Shown piece by piece: positions 51,060 to 59,359 of a DNA stretch of 64,000 bases. Position numbers and translations under genes: made by a program. The notes beneath the pieces are model-generated. The model saw only the letters and a program-made list of their open reading frames with translations. It had not been told where the DNA came from and ran no database searches. The stretch spans positions 944,410 through 1,008,409 of the forward strand of contig CAWICF010000002.1 in assembly GCA_963834565.1 (NCBI GenBank), in the 5' to 3' direction. This DNA is from an uncultured Acidobacteriaceae bacterium (lineage in GTDB: Bacteria > Acidobacteriota > Terriglobia > Terriglobales > Acidobacteriaceae). Every line of letters begins with the position of its first letter. Position 1 is the first letter of the stretch.

Positions 51060-51120
51060 TTCGCGCCGGGAACGTGCCAAAACTCGACGTCGTCAGCCAT
51101 CAGATCGTCGCGCCCAACTT

Positions 51121-51144
51121 TGCTTCCTCGCTCCCTAGTTCCCT
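51121..51144. repeat. Octamer tandem array (x3)
   Basis: TGCTTCCT-CGCTCCCT-AGTTCCCT. Confidence 0.55.
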
Positions 51145-51147
51145 GCC

Positions 51148-52389
51148 TTACTCCACTTCCTGCCTTGCCCTGTATCCATCTCTGGCAATGACGTCGTATT
51201 TCAGCGGCTTGTGCTTCTCATCCTGCATGTGCAGCGGCTGCCCCTCGTCATCCACCAGCTCCACGTGAATCTTGCGGTACGTCCCGTCCTGCTTGGCATT
51301 CGTCGGATGGTACACCAGCTCATACTTGGCGCGAATGTTCTCGTTAATGGCGCGGATATCGTCCGGCAGTTCGCCCACAAAGCGCGGCGCAAAGTGCATA
51401 CCGCCCGTCAGATTGGAAAATGTCTGCATCTGGTTATCTGCCTGCAGATAGGTCATGTCCCGCATACCGCCCATCATGCCTCCGCGGCCTTCGGTCATCG
51501 CCAGCAGCAGGCCGCCCGTCGAGATGGTGAAGATCGTGATATCGCGCGAAGCCTTCACTCGCGCCAGGATCTTGTCCAGCGTCAGCTTCGACATTGAATC
51601 CACGCCGGATGCAATCAGGATGATGTACTTCGGCCCTTCAATCCGGCTCAACCGGTCCAGCGACTCCGCCAGCGCGTCAAAAACGTCGGTCTCTGAAAAC
51701 GCAGCCGGCATGTACACTTCGTTCGCCAGTTCGTTGATGCCCTGGATGATCTGCCGCTTGTCCTGCGTAAAGTCGCTGACGATGTGCGAATTCAAATCGA
51801 ACGTCATCATCGCTATGTAATCCTGCGGCCGCAGTTGCTGTGCAAACGCCCACGCCGAGTTCAGCGCATCGACCCTGAAGGCATAGCCGCGCGATGCATA
51901 CTCCATCAGGATCAGCGCTGTAATCGGCGCTTCGCCGCGCTTGAACCCCTCGATTTTCTGCTGCACGCCGTCTTCATAGATGCGGAAGTTCTCCGGCTTC
52001 AATCCCGGCACAAACGTGTGTGTTTTTTCCAGCAGCACACCTACGTCGACTGTCACTTCAGGCACTTCGACGCGCAGGCTCATGTTCGGCGTGCCTTCCG
52101 GGTTCTTGAACTTCGGCTCCGCTGGTGCAGGCGGCGGATTATCGTCGGGGTTTTCGGTCTTCTTGGGCAGCGCGATCGAGCCGTTGTCTCCGCTCGGTCC
52201 GCCCGCATCCGGCGCCGTCTGGTCCGGCTGCTGTTGCTGCGATCCGGACTGCTGGCTCTGCTGGTCCAGCCCAATCAGCCGCGTCTGGGCGTCCGCCATT
52301 GGCGCCGCCGTCAGCGCCCACAGAGCAAGAAACGCTGGGGTAAGCGTAAGACTCTGCAGTAGATTCACCTTCAGACGCTTCATTTGCAT
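51148..52389 (-). CDS. Acidobacterial VWA domain-containing protein
   Basis: Signal peptide; VTVDVGV, ENFRIYEDGVQQKI, ETDVFDAL, ASGVD, TGG, YELVYHPTN...DGTYRKI.V, ARDGY. Confidence 0.85.
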   Translation of the reverse strand: MQMKRLKVNLLQSLTLTPAFLALWALTAAPMADAQTRLIGLDQQSQQSGSQQQQPDQTAPDAGGPSGDNGSIALPKKTENPDDNPPPAPAEPKFKNPEGTPNMSLRVEVPEVTVDVGVLLEKTHTFVPGLKPENFRIYEDGVQQKIEGFKRGEAPITALILMEYASRGYAFRVDALNSAWAFAQQLRPQDYIAMMTFDLNSHIVSDFTQDKRQIIQGINELANEVYMPAAFSETDVFDALAESLDRLSRIEGPKYIILIASGVDSMSKLTLDKILARVKASRDITIFTISTGGLLLAMTEGRGGMMGGMRDMTYLQADNQMQTFSNLTGGMHFAPRFVGELPDDIRAINENIRAKYELVYHPTNAKQDGTYRKIHVELVDDEGQPLHMQDEKHKPLKYDVIARDGYRARQEVE

Positions 52390-52470
52390 AGCAACCTCAC
52401 GTGCACACCAGAATAGACGATTCAGTCACCCTCTCGCTCAAAGCCGAAAAACGAGTGCCGGCTGGGCTCT

Positions 52471-54414
52471 GTGCTCACGTTTGCCCGCCCGCTGTACTCT
52501 TATATAGACGTGACATCTACCTTCAAGGCATCGTTTGTGAGCCTCACCGTGCTGGCCTTTCTGGCGTTCGCCGCTCCAGCTGCAACCCTCTCAGCGCAAA
52601 GCGAAGCTGCACCCGCCGGGCCGCCGCAAAATCCACCCATCTTTCCCCTCAGCCAGGTGCACCGCGGCCTCACCGGCACAGCCTGGACCGTCTTTCAAGG
52701 CTCGACGCCCGAACCCATGCCGGTTGAAATCCTCGGCGTCCTGCGTGGCGCGCGCGGACCCGGCCAGGACATGATCCTTGCCCAGCTTCACGGCGCAAAG
52801 GCCGAATACACCGGCGTCGTTGAAGGCATGAGCGGCAGTCCCGTCTACATCGACGGCAAATTGCTTGGCTCGCTTTCTTACCGCATTGGCCAATTCGCCA
52901 AAGATCCCATTGCCGGCATCACGCCCATCGAGCAGATCCTCGAAGTCCGCGACTTCGCCGCGCACGACTCCGAACTGCGCGAAGCTGTATCGTCGTCTGA
53001 CTCTGCTTCGCCCGCTGCACTTCTCGCCTCACTCAATGCGCCCGGCGCAAGCAACGCCGCAACCACAGCGCCCGCTCTTTCCGACGCGAACACGACCTTT
53101 CAACCCATGGATACGCCGCTCGTCATGAGCGGTTTCAGTTCCGATGCGATTCGCTTCTGGCAACAGCACACTGCGGGCACGAGTCTTGAGACCGTGGCCG
53201 TCGGCGGTATGGGGGGCTCGTCCACTTCCGACTCCAACGTCGTCGCCCCGCCCGCCCCATTGGTTCCAGGCTCCGCGGTCAGCATGCAGCTTGTTCGCGG
53301 CGATGTTGAAATCTCCGCCACCTGCACCGTCACCTGGGTCGACCCGAAGCAGCTCCTCGCGTGCGGGCATCCCGTCCTCGAAGCCGGCCCGGTTTCGTTG
53401 CCCATGACTACCGCCGACGTCGTCACCACGCTCGCCTCTCCGCTTAGCGCCTTCAAGATCATCAATACCGGCGTCACCATCGGCTCCTTCACGCAGGATC
53501 GCGAATCGGGCATTCGCGGCGTCTACGGAACCCAGGCCCGCATGATCCCGATGCATATCTCGGTTGACGCACCCGAGGGCCCGCGTAATGTCAACGTCGA
53601 CATCCTCGATCTGCCCTCGCTCACACCTCTCGCAATGGAGGTCGTCGTCTACCAGTCGCTGCTTGAGTCCAACGAGAGCAGCGCGGCGCTCAGCTATCAC
53701 GTCACCGGCAACATCGATCTCACCGGCTTTCCGCCCGTTCCCCTCGACCAGTGGGCCGCAGCCGATTCCGGTCTCGCTCCCGCACCCATGATGGCGGCTC
53801 TTCAGGCCGGACAGCAGTTCCAGCAGCTATATGCCAACAGCACGCGCCAGGGCATCATTCGCCAGATCGATCTCCATATCGAAGCCGTCCCGCGCCACGT
53901 ACAGGTCACCCTCGAGCAGGCTCGCGTCGTCTCCGGCGACATTATCCACGCCGGTGACACGGTGGAAATCGAGGCCACGCTCCGTCCCTGGCAGCAACCT
54001 GAGCGCAACGTTCGCGTCGCCATCAAGCTTCCCGCTCGCATTCCCTCCGGCAACCTGCGCCTGCTCGTCTCCGATGGCGCTACGCTCGACCGCACCCTTC
54101 AGCAGCCGCACCTCGGTCCCGGTACTCCTCCTGCCGATTTGCAAACCGTCCTCGCGCAGGCCCGGAGTCAGCACCCCGTCGACCGCATCTACGTCAGCCT
54201 TCTCGCGCCTGAAACGCAGGCCGAAATTAACGGCCAGACCCTCACCAGCATTCCACTCTCCATGGCCAATGCCCTCGAACCGCTGCGCAACTCGCAAACA
54301 GTGGGCCTCAATGGCGAATCTGCCGAAGTCGCCGGTGAGGCTCCCGCCGGCGGCGTCCTCTCCGGCTTCCAGATCCTCAATGTCCACATCGAGCCAGGCG
54401 GCGGTTTAAACTAA
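52471..54414 (+). CDS. SpoIVB peptidase S55 domain protein
   Basis: TVFQGSTPE, GVVEGMSGSPVYIDGKLLG, AGITPI, ATCTVT, ACGHP, QDRESG. Confidence 0.88.
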   Translation: MLTFARPLYSYIDVTSTFKASFVSLTVLAFLAFAAPAATLSAQSEAAPAGPPQNPPIFPLSQVHRGLTGTAWTVFQGSTPEPMPVEILGVLRGARGPGQDMILAQLHGAKAEYTGVVEGMSGSPVYIDGKLLGSLSYRIGQFAKDPIAGITPIEQILEVRDFAAHDSELREAVSSSDSASPAALLASLNAPGASNAATTAPALSDANTTFQPMDTPLVMSGFSSDAIRFWQQHTAGTSLETVAVGGMGGSSTSDSNVVAPPAPLVPGSAVSMQLVRGDVEISATCTVTWVDPKQLLACGHPVLEAGPVSLPMTTADVVTTLASPLSAFKIINTGVTIGSFTQDRESGIRGVYGTQARMIPMHISVDAPEGPRNVNVDILDLPSLTPLAMEVVVYQSLLESNESSAALSYHVTGNIDLTGFPPVPLDQWAAADSGLAPAPMMAALQAGQQFQQLYANSTRQGIIRQIDLHIEAVPRHVQVTLEQARVVSGDIIHAGDTVEIEATLRPWQQPERNVRVAIKLPARIPSGNLRLLVSDGATLDRTLQQPHLGPGTPPADLQTVLAQARSQHPVDRIYVSLLAPETQAEINGQTLTSIPLSMANALEPLRNSQTVGLNGESAEVAGEAPAGGVLSGFQILNVHIEPGGGLN

Positions 54415-54507
54415 GGAAAGAGAAAATTCACAGCCCATTCATCCGGACCAAATTTTGGGGGGCTTCATCTGGTTCGGTGGCCTATCATCGAGGACTGCGG
54501 AGCAATC

Positions 54508-55515
54508 ATGGCTCAGATTCAAGGTCTTGCAGCACACGCGGCCGGCGCCGAACTTCTGCCTTTCCGCTATGACCCGGGCAAACTTGGTTTAAACGAAGTT
54601 GAAATCGCCATTACTCACTGCGGCATCTGCCACAGCGATCTTCATCTCATCGCCAACGACTGGGGCATCAGCCAGTATCCCTTTATCCCGGGCCACGAGA
54701 TTATCGGCACAGTTGCAGCCGTCGGACCGGAAGTTCGCAACCTCGAAGTCGGCCAGCGCGTCGGACTCGGCTGGCAGTCCAACTCCTGCGGCCAGTGCGA
54801 GTGGTGCACTCGCGGCCTGGAAAACCTCTGCCCCTTCTCTGAAGGCACCTGCGTCCATCGTAACGGCGGCTATGCCGACCGCGTCCGGGCCAACTCCCGC
54901 TTCGTCCTTCCCATTCCCGACGCCCTCGGCAGCGAAGAAGCAGCTCCACTCCTTTGCGGCGGCATCACGGTCTACAATCCGCTGCGCATCAACGGCGTCA
55001 ACCCGTCTTCCCGCGTCGGTGTCGTCGGCATCGGTGGTCTCGGCCATCTCGCCATCCAGTTTGCCCGCGTCTTCGGCGCCGAAGTCTTTGCCTTCTCCAC
55101 GTCCATCGGAAAAGAAGAAGAAGCTCGCGCGCTCGGTGCGCACCACTTCATCAACAGCCGCGAAACTAAGTCCTTGAAGGAAGTCACCGGCGCCCTTGAC
55201 TTCCTCATCACCACGGTTAACGCCGATCAGGACTGGGGCACGTTCCTCGGCACGCTGCGTCCCAACGGAGCTCTCTGGTTTGTCGGCGTTCCGCCGTCGC
55301 CCGTCTCTGTCCACGCCTTTCCGCTCATCTCCGGCCTACGAACCATCGGCGGAAGCCCCATCGGCCCACCGGCCCGCATTCGAGAGATGCTCGACGTAGC
55401 CGCTCGTCACGGAGTCAAGGCCATCACCGAGCCCTTCCCCATGGCCAAAGCCAACGAGGCCATCGACAAGGTGAAGAAGAGCAAGGTGCGCTACCGCGCT
55501 GTGCTGGCAAACTAG
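54508..55515 (+). CDS. ahr: Zn-dependent NAD(P) alcohol dehydrogenase / aldehyde reductase (Ahr/CAD-like)
   Basis: CGICHSD, PGHEIIG, CGQCEWC...C structural Zn, APLLCGGIT, GIGGLGH. Confidence 0.9.
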   Translation: MAQIQGLAAHAAGAELLPFRYDPGKLGLNEVEIAITHCGICHSDLHLIANDWGISQYPFIPGHEIIGTVAAVGPEVRNLEVGQRVGLGWQSNSCGQCEWCTRGLENLCPFSEGTCVHRNGGYADRVRANSRFVLPIPDALGSEEAAPLLCGGITVYNPLRINGVNPSSRVGVVGIGGLGHLAIQFARVFGAEVFAFSTSIGKEEEARALGAHHFINSRETKSLKEVTGALDFLITTVNADQDWGTFLGTLRPNGALWFVGVPPSPVSVHAFPLISGLRTIGGSPIGPPARIREMLDVAARHGVKAITEPFPMAKANEAIDKVKKSKVRYRAVLAN

Positions 55516-55540
55516 CCTTTTCAATGAGAAGTGAGTCCAC

Positions 55541-56020
55541 TTGAGTCATCTTGCGGTTCTCAATGCCGCGGTAGTCGTAACCGGGGCAATCTTGTTTTGC
55601 AACCCTCAGTCGGGCAACCCTCAGCAGAAAGACGGCAACGTCGCTCAGCAACAGCAATGTCTCCGGTACGACACTCCCGGGGTCAAGCTAACCGGTAAAT
55701 TGCTTACGCGAAAGGTATTCGGGCCCCCTGGTTATGGCGAGACCCCGGGCAGGGACGAGCGAACCACTATCCTGATTCTCAAATTCAAGCACTCAGTCTG
55801 CGTCGATCCAACTGCAGATGCGCAAACGGCAAGAAGCGCAAATCTGAACCACGCCGAGAACGTTCGAGAGATGCAGTTGTTCATGAATGAATCTCAAACC
55901 GCAATCGCGATGAGACTCGCTGGACGGAAGGTCGCCGTAGTCGGAACGCTGAACGAATCCATTACCGCCAGCCAATATACAAAGGTCTGGGTCGACACAA
56001 GCGCGTTCGCTTTAGAGTAG
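55541..56020 (+). CDS. DUF4431-like secreted protein
   Basis: N-terminal hydrophobic stretch; CL.Y...LTG.L...GPPGYGE.P..D; lower GC. Confidence 0.65.
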   Translation: MSHLAVLNAAVVVTGAILFCNPQSGNPQQKDGNVAQQQQCLRYDTPGVKLTGKLLTRKVFGPPGYGETPGRDERTTILILKFKHSVCVDPTADAQTARSANLNHAENVREMQLFMNESQTAIAMRLAGRKVAVVGTLNESITASQYTKVWVDTSAFALE

Positions 56021-56171
56021 AGCCATCCTCAGGCCTTCCAAGGTCGGGAGAGTTCGCCACCAGCGTCGTTAGCACGCCGGCTCGCCGACTTGCCGCTTTC
56101 TAACTCAGCCAACTCCGCTAGCCCGCTTCCCTATCGATTTCCACACCCACTTTTCGCTAACATATTTGTCG

Positions 56172-56399
56172 ATGCCTTTCCCGATCCGCACCTGCGTGGT
56201 CTGCCAGGAGGAGTTTGAACTCCGCCCCGATAAGCCGGGTTTCGCCAATCGCTGCCCATCCTGCAGCGAACCCGAATCCGCCGATTCCGACAACGGCGAG
56301 CGCCGTCCCTTCGATCCCACCGAGCGCCGCGTCGAGATGGAAGTGAACGCCGCCCGCCGCCGCGCCATCCGCGACTTGCTCTACCGCAAAGACAGCTAA
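56172..56399 (+). CDS. Small putative Zn-finger protein
   Basis: CVVC ... CPSC pair followed by a charged helix. Confidence 0.7.
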   Translation: MPFPIRTCVVCQEEFELRPDKPGFANRCPSCSEPESADSDNGERRPFDPTERRVEMEVNAARRRAIRDLLYRKDS

Positions 56400-56448
56400 G
56401 ACGTTCGGCCCCGCATTTCATAAGTAATCTCCGCGCAGCCGATTCGCC

Positions 56449-56479
56449 TTGACCCGTCACGGTTCCCCTGTGCTATGGT
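56449..56479 (+). promoter_or_regulatory. Putative sigma70 promoter for the IK-repeat gene
   Basis: TTGACC at 56449 and extended -10 TG-c-TATGGT at 56471-56479; GGGAG RBS before the ATG at 56521. Confidence 0.45.
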
Positions 56480-56520
56480 TTTTCCCGAGGTTTCCCAGCT
56501 CAAATAACCGGGAGTCTACG

Positions 56521-56991
56521 ATGGAAAAGAAGCAGCTTCCTCCCTCCCTCGACGAAGCTCTGGCCCAGGTCGATCCCGAGCGACGCCGCCTGCTCGGCAT
56601 GTTGCTTGCCGGAGCCGCCGCCCTGCCCCTCATCTCCACCACCTCGCTCGCCCAGGACAAAACTAAGGACAAATCGGCCATCAAACATGGTCCGTTGGAT
56701 GACAAGGCGAGCTCCACGCAGATCAAGAGCAATTCGAACATCAAAGCGGACTCGCAGATCAAGAGCGACAACAACATCAAGTACTCGCCGCAAACTATCA
56801 AGCTCACAAATGCCGACAAAAGTTCCTCCATTAAAAGCGATTACGTCAAAAGCGGATCATCGGCAAACATCAGGAGCTCGAACACGGCAATTAAGAGCGA
56901 CTACGTCAAAGGCGGCTCGTCGATCAAGGCGTCTTCGTCGACAATCAAAAGCTCGGCTCCAGCGCAGCAGAAAACCAAACCTAATCAGTAA
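56521..56991 (+). CDS. Tat-like leader + repetitive [IV]K core protein (candidate RiPP-like precursor)
   Basis: 156 aa; leader ...DPERRRLLGMLLAGAAALPLISTTSLA-Q; core with 10 IK, 2 VK and 1 IR; IKSDYVK occurs twice. Confidence 0.8.
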   Translation: MEKKQLPPSLDEALAQVDPERRRLLGMLLAGAAALPLISTTSLAQDKTKDKSAIKHGPLDDKASSTQIKSNSNIKADSQIKSDNNIKYSPQTIKLTNADKSSSIKSDYVKSGSSANIRSSNTAIKSDYVKGGSSIKASSSTIKSSAPAQQKTKPNQ

Positions 56992-57000
56992 CGAATCGCG

Positions 57001-58165
57001 TTGAGCAACCCGCACGTCAATCCCGCCATTCGCTTCTTCGCGGACGATGCGGGCTACTTGGCCTACAACTCGGGGTCCGATTGCTTGCACCAGCTCAATG
57101 CCGTCGCTTCGCTGATCTTTGAGCTCTGCGATGGATCGCGCACCATAGACGAGATCCAAGCGCTCGTTTTGCCCGCACTCCCGTTCGGCCATCACGTCGA
57201 GATCGACCGGTTTCTGGCTGACTCTCGCCTCCGGCCTTCTTATTCCGGCAAGCGCGAGCCCAACTGCTCCGCGGGAATTCACCGCTGAAGAGCTCTCGGC
57301 CCTCGTCGAACACCTGTGCGAAACCGGCCAGCCCGATGCCGCTCTGCGCTGCGCGAAAAAACTCACGCAAGTCGCCGGCGCGGATCCTGCCGCCTGGCAC
57401 ACGCTCGGCCGCATCGCCCGGCTCGCCGGCCTACGTCCGCTCGCAGCCGATGCCTACGAGAGATACCTCGCCGCATGTCCTGAAGACGCGCCCATCGAGC
57501 ACCTGCTCGTCGCCCTTCGCGATGAGCCTCCGCCGCCGCGCGCCTCTGACGACTGCGTCCGCCTTACGTTCGCCGACTTCGCATCGCACTACGACACGAA
57601 AATGCGCGACAATCTCGGCTACCAGGCGCCTGAGCGCCTTGCGGAATTCATCCGCGCCGAACTCTGCAATTCATCCGCACTCTCCATCCTCGACATCGGG
57701 TGCGGCACCGGACTCGCCGGAGTCGCGCTCAAAGTCCGAGCCGCTCATCTCCTGGGTATCGACCTTTCGCCCGAAATGATCGAGCACGCCCGTGCTCGCG
57801 GCGTCTACGATTCACTCGAAGTCGCCGAAATCACCAATTGGCTCGCCAACTCGCACGATCTCTTCGACCTGATCGTTGCCTGCGATTGTCTCGTCTACTT
57901 CGGCGACTTGACTTCGCTCGTTCAACTCGCCGCTGCGCGCCTCAAGCCCGGCGGCCATTTCGCCTTCACGGTTGAGTGCGGCGACCTTTACCCGTTCAAA
58001 CTCACTGACTCAGGGCGCTTCACGCATCATCGCGACCACATCTGTTCCGCCGCCGCACAATCTGGCCTGCAGCTCACACGCCTTGAAGCCGGTTTTCTGC
58101 GCACCGAGGCCGGACTCGACGTCACCGGCCTCTTCGCGCTCCTGCGCAAACCTTTCGACCCCTGA
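57001..58165 (+). pseudogene. PqqD/RRE-TPR-class I SAM methyltransferase fusion interrupted by a frameshift at ~57222-57226
   Basis: Frame 1: PqqD-like (LHQLNAVASLIFELCDGSRTIDEI...EIDRFLADS). Frame 2 continues LASGLLIP, TPR (AAWHTLGRIARLAG...AYERYLAACPED), then PPRASDDCVRLTFADFASHYD and ILDIGCGTGLAG. Frame 2 has no ATG/GTG/TTG between the shift and 57602. Confidence 0.8.
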
Positions 58166-58237
58166 CAGTGTGTATGGTCTTGGCAAATCATGTTTCTCCG
58201 GACAACTCTTCCTTCCCCGTCCACGTCCCACAAACAT

Positions 58238-59323
58238 ATGCCTCATTTGAGACCCCGCCTCTTCGCCGCGGCCCTTGCCTGCATTGTCTGCCTCGTCGAG
58301 CCATCCGCCCACGCTGCTAGATCCCGTGCTCAGAGTCTTCTCTCTCCATGGGATCTGCATCCGGTCTCGCTCACCGATGCAAAATATGATTGCCCCACGG
58401 TCACCGCGCTCCCGCACGACATCGTCGCCTACGATTACTACTCAGATTCGAAGCACTCCATCATCGATCCCACGCGCTACGCCGCCTACCAGGCGGCCTC
58501 AAAACAATACGGCGGCGTTGAAGATGCCGCAGAGCGCGCCGCTGACAATTTCCAAAGCACGGGCAGCCGCGCCGCCGCTGCTTGCGCCGCGCGGATTCTC
58601 TTCGCGCAGGCGCAGGCCAACGCAATGGCCGGCAACATGTCCTCGAACCAGGCCTATTACGTGCAGAATTGGGCTGTGGGTGCTCTTGCCGTCGCATGGC
58701 TCAAAGTGCGTTCGGCCGACGCCTTGGGCCTCTCACCCGTGCAGACCGCCGCTCTCACCTCGTGGATGAAGACCGTCGCCGGCCAAGTTGAAGACTATTT
58801 CGACAAGCAGCACGAGAAGAACAGCGGTAGTGGCGTCAACAATCACTATTACTGGGCCGGATTCGCTGCGCTCGCCGCCGGCATCGCCGCCAACGACCGG
58901 AGCCTTTACGACTGGGGCATCAGCACGTACAAATTCGGCATCGACCAGATCGAGCCCGACGGCACGTTGCCACTTGAAATGGCTCGCGGCCAGCGCGCTC
59001 TTCACTATCACCTCTTCGCGCTTGCGCCGCTCGTGACGATGGCTGAGCTCGCCTCCGCTAACGGCGACGACCTTTACGCCTACGACAACTCCCGTCTCAA
59101 GCTTCTCGTCGACGTCAGCGTGGCTGGCCTCGCCGATAACCACTTCTTTGCCGAGAAATCCGGCGTAGCGCAGGACACGCCCAAGGACGGCCAAATCTCC
59201 GCCTCCGACATCTCCTGGATCCGCCCCTATGCGCGCCGATTCCCCTCACCCGCGATCGCCGCCGTGCTTTCCCACACCCCCATTGGCTCCGACCGTTACC
59301 TCGGCGGCCTGCCACCCTTGTAA
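58238..59323 (+). CDS. Alginate lyase (PL5-like), secreted
   Basis: NNHYYWAG (PL5 NNH-x-YW), DGTLPLEMARGQRALHYHLFAL; signal peptide. Confidence 0.85.
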   Translation: MPHLRPRLFAAALACIVCLVEPSAHAARSRAQSLLSPWDLHPVSLTDAKYDCPTVTALPHDIVAYDYYSDSKHSIIDPTRYAAYQAASKQYGGVEDAAERAADNFQSTGSRAAAACAARILFAQAQANAMAGNMSSNQAYYVQNWAVGALAVAWLKVRSADALGLSPVQTAALTSWMKTVAGQVEDYFDKQHEKNSGSGVNNHYYWAGFAALAAGIAANDRSLYDWGISTYKFGIDQIEPDGTLPLEMARGQRALHYHLFALAPLVTMAELASANGDDLYAYDNSRLKLLVDVSVAGLADNHFFAEKSGVAQDTPKDGQISASDISWIRPYARRFPSPAIAAVLSHTPIGSDRYLGGLPPL

Positions 59324-59359
59324 CCGCTGCGCACACTCCATCCCCGGTACAATACATAA

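Noticed and set aside
57001-57288. PQQ biosynthesis gene pqqD
   Set aside because: There is no pqqA/B/C/E nearby, and the domain is fused via a frameshift to TPR-methyltransferase, so it is better read as a generic RRE.
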